NCBI GenBank assembly: GCA_023213395.1
Contig: CM041465.1
Coordinates: 205,351,741 to 205,415,740, forward strand
DNA length: 64,000 nt
Reading direction: 5' to 3'
From: Cycas panzhihuaensis
Taxonomy: Eukaryota; Plantae; Cycadophyta
Part shown: piece after piece, positions 25,867 to 36,698 of the stretch
Layout: every line of letters starts with the position of its first letter
Numbering within the stretch: the stretch's first letter is position 1
Made by a program: the position numbers and the translations under genes
Notes under the pieces: model-generated
The model's input: the letters and a program-made list of their open reading frames with translations, nothing else
Told to the model about the DNA's origin: nothing
The model's database searches: none

Positions 25867-28331
25867 TGTTTCCTAGCTTTTGGGAATAACATGGGTGCTA
25901 CAACAAATAGGTGAGTAAAACTATAGTTTATTACTCTTTATATTTCATTGATTTTACATATTGTGATCATAGATAATGGATGTATGCTTTCATTTTGTTG
26001 ATTGTTGTATGTAGTTGCCCATGTATTTTTTAGTCGATGATGAGTATGACTCCAATCAATGGCCATTTATCCACCCATTAGGCTTCTCAAGTGAGAACAA
26101 GTGCTTATCCTATTTGTAGAATCCTTTCTACCTCATTTTGATCTATTAATTCTCCTATTTTTTTTATTATTTGTTGCTCCCTTTCGATCGTATTTACATA
26201 TATCTCTACATTCATGAGATTTTAGTTTATTTTTATGGATTTTTCATAAAATTAAATATATTACCAAGCCACTATCTATTTTGTATACAATAATAATATC
26301 ACAGAATTTTGTAGTACTGCGAACGATTTCATAGTACCGCAAATATCTTCATGGTATGACTATCACCTACCTAGATTTGAGTCTTTCAATGATAATTAAC
26401 TTATAAATTCTTCCTTGACAATCATGGATGGTTTGTGCTAGCCCAACATTGGCACTTGTTAGATTTGTGTGGCCCAAGAGGCCAAATCACATCCCGTTTT
26501 GATCTTCTCTATATGGTTTTGGTCCAAACATATGATCAAAACTCATGGATTTGTCCTATGATTTTCTCCCACATTGTGGAATGAAAACCATTTTTTGAAG
26601 CCTTAGCTTCACCTATAAATCTCTCCAAATTTTCAATGGAAAAAAGGAGAATAAGTTAAGTCATATACCACACCGTTATGCTACCAATATTCTATGAGAA
26701 TTAGGTGACCTTGATCTACACATCTACTTTGTAACTATATCCTTATGATTACATACTTTCAATAGCAAGGGTGAGTCTTAAAGGGGAGTTTAATAGCCAT
26801 TGGCTATCTCCTTCATTCACGAAATAGGTAATTCTCCTTTTTGCTTTATGTTAAGTGTTTCATGCGTTTTGTTGCTCATTTTCATCTTATTTTGCTCTAT
26901 TTGACTTGTCATTATTGCTTAACCATTCCCCTTGTATCATATTCTCTTTGTTAGCCTACTTATGCTTATTTTTGCATAGATCTAAAAGAGGAAATTGTAA
27001 ATGGAGGTAACACCCAAGTACTAATTGGGGAGTTTACCACATTAGAGGGACACTTGGGCCATTTTGAGGTTACCTCCACCCATCTTTTACTTGTTAATTC
27101 ATATATCTCTTTAGCTCATCTTTGATCACATTGTATGCTAAAGATATTAAACATAATTTATTATACTCTCGTCTAACAATTATTTTACAGGTATACTAAC
27201 TCCATTATAGGAAGGAAGAGGTTTAAGGTTCCTCTCTATTATTGGCTAAGAGCTTGCATTCCTCCACCAAAATCCTTCTTGAGCAATGGCTCCCAAAAAG
27301 GTATGTTAGCTCATTGAGATTTAGTGCACATTTTTAGATTTGTTGGGGTCTTTGTCACATTCTTCCATATGTCATAAGCATATCTTGCAAGTAGAAATAC
27401 TACAGATTTACTCTAGATTTATATAATAGTGCATTTTCCATTTGAACCATCTTCTTGGCATCATCCATCCTAAGTTGAGGAAAGATGTTGTTCAACAGAC
27501 AAATCCTACTTCTACGAGGTACACCATCTTTTCTATTTATTTTAGCTTGATTTCTTTTTTAGTAAAGGGGGGAAAAAAGGAGAATAAAAAGAAGTTTTAA
27601 GAGTAATCTAAGGAATAAAGAAAAGAGAATCTAGGAATCTCCCTTTTTGCTCTGCATCCCTTTGTCTCCCTTTTCTCCTCTTTGAAAAGGAAAAGCTCAA
27701 GGGAAAGAAAGTGTAGAGAAAAGAAAAGAAAAGAGAATTGGTTTTGGTTTTATATAGGCCTCTTGTTTATTTTTCTCTCTTTTAGTTGAAAAGAGAAAGA
27801 CCCCAAAAAAGCAAATACAAGAGAAAACCCCAAAAGAAAAAGCGAAAATCATTCTCATTTTCTTTTTTTTTTTTCCATTTGCATTACATTACATGAAACG
27901 TTAAGTGCATTGGTCTTTGTTTCGTTGTTTAGTTACAAGCCCGAATGAGAGAAGGGACCATACAGTTGTGAGTCCTTAAACTAGTGGGATAGCATTATGT
28001 CTTTAACTAGGGTTGCTTCTTGTTTTTTCATAAAAACAAAAAAGCATATAGTTGCATATAGGTGTGTACTTCCTTCTCCCTTAGTTTACCATAGGCTTTC
28101 AAAGCCAAAATAATATGTCCATCTCAATGTATGCGCCCTCATAATTACCCTAGTTTAGCCTCCATTACATTACTTAGCACATAGTATTTCCTCACACTTG
28201 CATCCAAGAGGCTCACAAATGCCCCAGTTAGGGTTGTCAATTCACTTTCCTATGCATTTGGCCTCTACACCCTAAGTCTCCTACCATTGGCAAGTAGTTT
28301 ATAATCTACCCCTCTGGCCCCACCCATTTCA
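25867..28331 (+). repeat. Tat element 3' LTR (2465 bp), preceded by PPT 25857-25866
   Basis: AAGGGGGAAG|TGTTTCCTAGC...CATTTCA; matches the two halves of the 5' LTR. Confidence 0.94.
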
Positions 28332-28452
28332 ACATACAGATATATATAGATGTATACAAATATACACATACACACGCATATATATATAATATACATGCAT
28401 GTGCATGCACACAGACACATGCATATCTATCTATACATACATACATACATGC

Positions 28453-28620
<168 letters not shown>

Positions 28621-30730
28621 TAACTTTATATAATATATGTATAGTATCTTATCATGCTACCTTTCTATGAAGTCGAATCTATTTTTTTTCTATATAGATC
28701 TTAGTTTGTCCCTTAGAGGAAGAGGCAACAAATGATCATAATAGTAGTCATTGATTATTACCCTAGATAGTCCTCATAGAGAGAGAGAGAGAGAGAGAGT
28801 GATGAAATCTCCCTTACTATAAATGAATGATGACTAAAATAACCTTAAATCATATTTATATTTTTTTCTTAGATAATGAATGATAACCCTTTATATTCAA
28901 AGAATTTACCAAGATCTAATACCTTTAATTATTGACATTAATAACAAATTCACTTGGAGAGTAGTGAAGTAAGGTGACTTATGTATCTATTCCTTTCCTT
29001 TACTTAAATTAGGTGATTCCATTAGCCACAATTTCCCTAGTCATAACAAATGACCCAAATCCTTTCATTGGAATATTTGTTGCCCAAAAACCAAATATTA
29101 TTATTCATTATTTATATCATTAATCTAACAAATGAAATAATAAGAATGCATACATGTGGCCATTAATATTAGTGATAAGAAATAGGATGATTAAATATCT
29201 ATTATTTTAAGTAAATACCCATACTAATTGTAGTGAGATTCATGATTTAATATGTCTTTGTACCTAAAATGGATCTTATTTTACCATTAACTTTGTTGAT
29301 TACAAACATTGATGATTTACAAAAAACTTTAAAATCCCATAAATAACTCCTATCGTTTGTTTAAAAGTAGTCCATTATGATATTAAGGGAGGGAGAGGGA
29401 GAAGAAAGAGGGAAGGGGGTGGTGGTTGGGGTGGTGGTATTTATGTGAGGGCATGCAAGATTCTTTGAGAAGATGGCTCTTTATATCCAAGTGAATTATT
29501 CTATTATTACAAAAATAATTAAATAAAATAAATAATTTTGGTTATAATATTATTCGTACCTTCAAAATCTTTAAAGTATGATCTCCTCTTCACTATGCCA
29601 AACAACCTTCATCACTTTGATCATGCAACTTTATTACGAGGATAAATGATTTCTTTTCATTATATTAATATCACTATTTCTATACAAAAGTTGGGAGTGT
29701 GAGAGTTTTTACCAAATAGTACATTCAATACAATCAAAATGTCAATTATGATATCAATTGCTTGGATTTGTAATAGATTCTTTATTACTACTTGGGAAAA
29801 GGAAGGGGAAAGAGAGATAGAGTATCAAATAATTCTTAATGTGTCTCATATTCAAAGCTTCCATACAATTATTAGAAATAGACAGAACTTATTTGCTTAG
29901 TGGCATTAATCAATAAGAACAAAATGATTCAAGTTTTAAAATTTTATTTTGCTATATAAAAGGGCTTTGAACCATACTCTATAAAGCACTTATTTTAATA
30001 TTTTGAAAAAATATGTTAACATATCAATCTATCACTACAAGTTTTTATCTTGCTTAAAGTATTTTGTTACGTACATCTAATTCACTTTGAGGAAATTGGG
30101 TGCATAAATATTTAAAGTATCTCAAATTTACATATTAAATATAAAATAGAAGAATAAGTAGATGTCACTCTTATGCAAACGAATTCAACTTTGGGTAGTC
30201 TCTTAATTGCAAGGAAGCAAAAACCTAGTTGACAATGACACACACGAAACCCACTTACCACACCTGCTTAAAGAATCCCACCGCCTTTCCATTAATAAAA
30301 GGACATGACATGCTTTTACAGCTATCCAACTTGGTAGCTTCCAAGGGATATTCCCAACCGACCAAGAAAGGCATTCCAATTAGTGATCCAACTTTTGCAT
30401 CTATCAATACTATCTACAATCCTCTTTATCACACAATATTCACATCTATTGGGGCTATGTCTACATAACTAATTGTGGGTCTATGGAAATTCTTGACCAA
30501 TGTTGCCCGGCCCCAACTTGCTTGTCCATCTCAATTTGGCCAAATATTATTCACCTTTCCCAAGTTGAAAACCTTGGATTAGGACTCCCTTGGTCCAAAT
30601 AATTCTCGTATTTACTCTCTATTTTTTTCATTTTTGTAAGAACAGCTGAGCGGCTATGGTCCCCAAGGAGGCACCATGGAATGTATTCTGATTCTCCTCC
30701 TCTTCAGTCCAAGCTTATGCATCCTCCCTC

Positions 30731-30738
30731 CTATATAA
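30731..30738 (+). promoter_or_regulatory. Putative TATA box (CTATATAA)
   Basis: Plant TATA-like motif in a pyrimidine-rich context at the 5' side of a CpG-retaining island; TCP-like TGGTCCCC at 30657-30664. Confidence 0.45.
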
Positions 30739-30825
30739 TCGAACAAGGGAATACATGGCGTCTATCCTCATTATTCCAGAGCTCTTGTGAAAGGATTCAT
30801 CGCCGGTGCAATTGAATCTGCTTCC

Positions 30826-31101
30826 ATGGCGTCTCTGGGCTTTCAAGCGAAAGGAAATGAAAATGGAGGGCCATTTTATGATCCCTTCTATTGGTCTGGA
30901 CGCCATAACGGCAGTCTGAATGTGAGGAATGGAGGAGGCTGGAACAGGCTACCCCAAATGGACGATTTCTCTGTCTACAGCTTTGTACACGTTCCGCGAT
31001 CTCCCCGCTCTCTGTTCAAGATGGGATCTCCATCTTTTCCCATAGAAAATTCTATGGATCTCACTTCTCAGACAGAACGAGAGAGCCAGGAATGCAAGTG
31101 A
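30826..31101 (+). CDS. Putative 91-aa orphan protein (or ORF within a non-coding RNA)
   Basis: ATGGCG start context, uninterrupted frame in the only CpG-rich non-TE region, upstream TATA, downstream TGTA-rich 3'UTR-like sequence. No family recognised. Confidence 0.35.
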   Translation: MASLGFQAKGNENGGPFYDPFYWSGRHNGSLNVRNGGGWNRLPQMDDFSVYSFVHVPRSPRSLFKMGSPSFPIENSMDLTSQTERESQECK

Positions 31102-34100
31102 TTAGATGCAGCTGTTCCATGACTGTAATAACATGTAGTACATAATATGAAAGTAATCTTCTTGCTCTCGATCGACCCCATAAAATCCTGCAAAATGGTT
31201 TAAATATATGAGAAAAGAAGAGGAAGGCCCTGTACAGTGTATTTTGTATTAATGTCCAAAACTAATGTTATATCAGGTACTTTGTTGCGCTCGACCCCTT
31301 GATGTCCCTTATGGAAGATTGCCATTCTTCAGTTTTATATTAATTCAGCCTTTTTCTTTCTATTGATGTCTTGTATTATGGCTTGGGTGGGGAAGAAGGG
31401 CCGGAAGAAGTATTGATATTTTGAATTATATGCAACCTCTTGACCTTAATGTTTTAATGCTTAGTTTATTATCTAGTTTCTTATAATCTTCTAGATCACA
31501 TGGATGATGGTCAAATTGTTTAGTGTCAGAGGATGCCTTAAGAAAAACAATTTTTTCCTGTGTATGTTTTATAATTACATGATAACTCTTTGTTTTAAAT
31601 ATTTATTTGATCAATAATGAGTTGTGTGGCTTGTAGTCTGATGATTAGATTTGCCATCAACAAAATTGAAGGGAGATTGTTGCGTAATGATATTACATTC
31701 TTCCTTTCCATAATTCTAATCTTCTAATATTACAGAGAAAAATACTTTGCTTTTGTGGAGAAATACAACTCAGACTTAAGGCAACCTGCCTTGACAACTT
31801 TGTTTTCACTTAACTAATGAAGTGTGCCTTCGCCCTTCATTGTGGGACAAGCTTAGAGTAAGGTTACCCTTGAAGAATCAATAAGCTTTTAACTTGCAAT
31901 AATACTTTACCTTTGTTACTTCCTTTAGAGTGAAACTTTGATTTTATTGATTGAGGTGGAAAAGGGCCCAGTTCTCCAAATGGGCAAATCTTGTAATGGA
32001 TTTTGGACATATGAATCACTAATAGACAAAATCCTAAATAGGAACATGTAAAGTGGAGGGGAGTGGGCCAAAGATGAAAAAGACCCTTAATGGTGAAATC
32101 CTATAGGGAAATAGCCAACTAAGGTAAAAAAAAAAAAATTATCTTCTCTAATAAACAAAAGTGGGAAATAATTATGTAAAGGATGTAGAAGATATTTTAC
32201 TATAGAGAAGAGTTATTGCCCATAGTTTAGATCATAATTCAATAAATCCCCCTCCCCCTCATTCAATTGCTAATTGTCAAAAGATGCGCCATTATGCCCT
32301 AAAGGGCCTTTATTATTGTCATGTATAATTCTTTTTATGTTAATGATGTGACAATTGTATACCTACCATCTGAAAGAGATGATATTACGAGTTAGTGATT
32401 GATATTTAATTGGTTTTCCTAATATAAGCTTAAATAATCATGGCAGAATATGAATTCTAATATTCTAACGATAATGGAGCCATGAGATCTTACTTGTAAA
32501 TCCTTGTGCACTTAGGGAAGTACTGGTGGATTAGGCAATACCATATTTATCTAACTTATTTCCTTCAACTGATAATGACAATTCAACTATAGTGTATTCT
32601 TAAAGCCATTATGACACAAAAGGCTATTATTTTCAAATGACAACACTAATTGTTAAAATTTCATTTCTAAAAATAGATTTTAAAAATCACTTATAACTTT
32701 TTTCATTTTGAACAAGGATTTCATGGTATTTAAAGTTTGAAACTAGAGTTCATACAATAATATTAGGACCATCTTATTAATAAATGTCAAGTAATAGATC
32801 TAAGTCTGTGATGATTTTGATTAGTTTGATTGTTGAGCTTGTATAAGATTCTATAAAATACTAAATCTTATTTATAATATAAGAATAAGTTATCATTTTT
32901 TTGTTTACTTTTCATCGATATAAGATTTATTAGATTATGAATTCTTATGAGGAAGACCTGATAGATTATGTGAAGGATATAGAAGTTAGAAATTCATCCT
33001 CTGTCCTTTCTTATGCTTTTAACATGTGCATAGGAAAATCTCTAAATAGAAGAATAAATTCAATATTCAATAAATGTATATATACCTTATTATGGTAATA
33101 ATAATCAACTTAATTTTAAGAGATTTATCTAAAATTAGATCATAAGAATAATTTTATGAATAATTCTTTATTATAATATAAGCTTAATTCTCAAAAAGAG
33201 ATGAAAGTAGGTTTTGAGAAATATTTTGAAGAGTTTATAAAGGTACTCAAATTTTAGAGAAAGGGGACTTCTTGGAATAAAAACAAGAGAATTTTAAACC
33301 ATTGCAACATAAAGGTGCAGGTTGCACACAACACGCCAAAGTATCTATGGAGGTGGTGATGGTATTTGTTCAATCTTTCTAATATAGTTGGAGGATTGTT
33401 TCTAAGGAATTTTGATGCTAAAATGAACATGTTAATGCTATCATAATTGTCTGTTGATCATTTTGATTTGTAAATATAGTTAGAAATTGCTTGCACCAAA
33501 TTTACTTTATTAGCTACCCTATCCTTAACAAGTAAAAGTAATTCCAACATAATTACTTAACATCTTTTTTTATTATGTATTACCCAACTAAGAAGGGCAA
33601 ATCAAGTATATTTAGTTACTCAAGTGGATATTGTATATTGATTCTCATTAATACATTTTTGATCTATCAATCAAGGTACACTAATAACAAAAGAAAGTTT
33701 AATAATAATTTGGATCCTTGTCTATAAATCCATAAATAAGGTATTGAAAGAATGATAAACCATTAACTTCTAATACCATTCATCAACTAAAGTAAATAAT
33801 AGTCATTCATTCAATATAGACCATTCAAATTTTAGAATAATACATGCATACACACACACACATACATATATGCATGTATGCATTTGTATATGTATGTATT
33901 TATATATATAGATAAATAGATAGATAAGATAAGTAATTCATTCTTCAAGTATAAATAATGGCCCCACTACATGCATATACATCTTTAGAAATTATTATTG
34001 TAGTAATGATTATGATAGTGTCATCTAATTTATTTGATGTAGATATTTAGTTTTCCTTCTAACTTCAAATATATTACTAATTATATTCTCATCTTATTTG

Positions 34101-34784
34101 TTATGCTTTCATTAAAAAAGAAGAAAAAAAATCCCCCCTTCAAATTAATTTACTTTAGAAACATGTCTTTTGGGTCTAATAAACCTCTTATAACATCATC
34201 CATTACATACATAATATAAAGATTTAATTTATCAATATTGTATAATGAATGTATCCCCAACTATAATGGTAAATTAATATTAAAACAATTCTCTTGAATT
34301 GGTTCTAAAATATTATATTACAGACCATACCATCTAGGACAAATCTTTTGATCTTTACATTGGAACATTTTCTTATCTACATATAAAACCTATCATCTAG
34401 TATACCTTGTTATGTATCCCTTTATAATTTTATTGGAATGTATCTAATGCATCATGTAATTCCTTATAAATCTATTAAAATTCCTCTATAAACTTCTTAA
34501 CTCTTACATATACACAATTTTTTATATAGTAAAAGAATTAGTGATGCATGTTAAAACATAAACATGCTTGGAAATGGCTATTTTATTGAGTTATAAATAG
34601 AATACGTATAACTATATTATACACAAGTAATCATAAATAACTTCTCTTTAAAAAGAATGTGAAATTATATAGATAGGACTAAAGTGAAAGAAAGTGGAGG
34701 AATACAACACATGAGAAACAATGGGAAATCTCCCTTTTAATTTGATGCACATGGGTGAGGTCATCTCCTTTGTTCTGTGTGTGT

Positions 34785-34850
34785 GGGGGGGGGGGGGGGT
34801 AGGGGTGGTGTTGGGATGGTGGTGGTGTGGGGGTGGAGGAAGGGGTGGAG
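34785..34850 (+). repeat. G-rich low-complexity tract with G-quadruplex potential
   Basis: A G15 run followed by GGGG, GGG, GGGGG and GGGG tracts. Confidence 0.8.
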
Positions 34851-36225
34851 AATTACTCTAGATAAATTATAAAATTGATAACCAAGTTGTTTAAAAATAA
34901 CAAGCTTATAACTAATGGAACTAGTTATAAGTAATACATTAGATGGCTTAAAGGAATCATATATGGATTATAATGAATGATCTAGAAAAGTGAAAGAGAA
35001 TAAAACACATTAGATATTCTAGAAATAATATCATAAAAATAGCTTAAGAGCATCTTAAGGCAAAGAAAAGCTTATGAAGGAGGACCTTAGTGAAGATAGA
35101 ATAAGGATAATATTTGAAAAGTTTTTTTTTTTTTTTAATTGTACCAATAAAGAAGAAAAGGGTAGTAATGAAGAGGAAGCCCATAATAATAATAATGTAA
35201 GAGAAACTAACCAAACCAGTGAGCATGCTCCATACTAAATGATTCTTTTCTTAATAACTAAGAAGAGATGGGAATTTTTTTTTATTAATAATGTTTTGTA
35301 AAGATATGTCCCTCTCTCATCTAACAAGATATCATATGTTAGAGGATAAGGTGTAACTTTAATTTGAGGTTTTAAGAAAGGAACACCTATCTATTCTCTT
35401 CCACTTTTAAGAATATGAAGACTCAAACCTATGATATATAAAACATATAGTTCATGTCTAAATTCTCTATTTGTATTATAGGTCCATGAAATTTGATCTA
35501 TATAGTCCTTATACATAAAATACCCTATGTGGTTAGAATTCCCCCTTATGAACCTTGCATATAGAAGATAGTTAATGATAATAAAAGGAAGAAAGCTAAT
35601 ATAGGATCCCATAAGGGGTATGTGCATGAATAAAATTGTTTAGAGAGTTTTCTAAGGAAATAAAATTCATAAATGAAATCTTCCAGGAGATATAGAAAAA
35701 ACGTATTTTCTTAAGTACTCTAATGTGTGGTTTTAATGCTATTGAGAGTTAGATCACCAAATTAAAACTAAATCAAAAGGAAATCTCATAGGCCTATAAA
35801 GAAGTCAAGCCATAAGACCCCATAGTAGAAGGAATTTAATGGATTTTGGAATTAACTACAATGGAGATAAAGAGATGGGTAACAGTGAAAAAAATATAAT
35901 CTCTTATAAAGGCTTTCCTTCATATTCTCTTAATAACTCTTAGAAATAAAATCTATAGAGATAACTACAAAAAAATTTCAAAGCCTAAGAAGGGATATCA
36001 AAATTTATAATACTATGTAAGGTTTTCTTACCTATCCAATAAGTATTTATATATGACATAACATAATTTTAAATAATAATATAAGCTAGAAAGGGTTTCT
36101 TGATAAGTGAGATAGTTTTTGTAGCCATTTTCTTAAGGATAATAAGGGATGAAGTCCAGAAGTCAAATTTAATATGATAGAGATTAAAGGGGAATTATCA
36201 AAGATGAACTAAAAATAGTATCCTT

Positions 36226-36698
36226 TGTTAAAACATAATGTTTAATGTATATGGTGTACATATGCACTTCCCACCATTCACCTACTTTAAGATATGTGAG
36301 ATGCACACATATCCATGCTATCCCATTATTGGATGATGTAATGGCTCCTTGTATTTGATAGGCTACTCATGAGGTGATTTTCACTATTTATATGTATATT
36401 CACCACTTGAAAACTTGAGAAAAGAGAGAAAGGAGAGAGGATAAAGATGTAAACCTTATGATCATAAGTAGAGTCCTAACTCCACCTTCTCTCGTGGTTT
36501 TTCCCATAATGGGTTTTCCACATATAAATCTTGGTGTCTTATGGTGATAATTATGTTTGATGATGCTTGCTTTACATGTTTGATGTTTGATGGTTATGTT
36601 AATTAATTCACTATGTATACATACTCATGAGTTCATATTATTGCATATTCCTACTTTTAACATGGTATCAGAGTAACTTTTTTACTCTATTTTTAACA
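36226..36698 (+). repeat. 5' LTR (473 bp) with internal PBS copy
   Basis: Roughly 90% identical by eye to 39764-40235. Confidence 0.93.

Larger units (their letters stand above)
1450..28331 (+). mobile_element. Ty3/Gypsy LTR retrotransposon, Tat lineage, decayed full-length copy (~19.3 kb without the nested Copia)
   Basis: Paired ~2.46-kb LTRs: 1450-11464 (split) and 25867-28331, starting TATTTCCCAGC/TGTTTCCTAGC and both ending CATTTCA. PBS-like TAGCAACCATATTGGGGA, PPT AAGGGGGAAG, domain order gag-PR-RT-RH-INT. Flanks GCATT/ACATA match only 3/5 as a TSD. Confidence 0.93.

Noticed and set aside
30229-30468. 79-aa ORF, and minus-strand ORF 30715..30906
   Set aside because: No recognisable motifs; the first lies in promoter-like sequence, the second is antisense to the better-supported + unit.
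30570-30715. MIR159/319 precursor
   Set aside because: No full mature sequence on either strand; arms pair poorly.
31007-31086. Hammerhead ribozyme on the minus strand (stem-GAAA-stem topology)
   Set aside because: No CUGANGA adjoining stem II (18-nt linker instead) and G at the cleavage position; kept only as a generic structured element.
31070-31180. MIR156/MIR535 precursor
   Set aside because: The mature-like string has indels relative to both families and the putative star arm pairs only about 14 nt.
30490-31450. TAS3 locus (TTCTTGACC at ~30490, TCTTGACCTT at ~31437)
   Set aside because: Only 9-10 nt of the tasiARF and no pair of canonical miR390 sites flanking it.
31650-31900. PPT-LTR junction remnant (GAAGGGAGAT|TGTTG)
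   Set aside because: No partner LTR, end or TSD identifiable.
35040-36220. Very old LINE remnant flanking the non-autonomous element
   Set aside because: Purine skew only; no convincing motif could be read.
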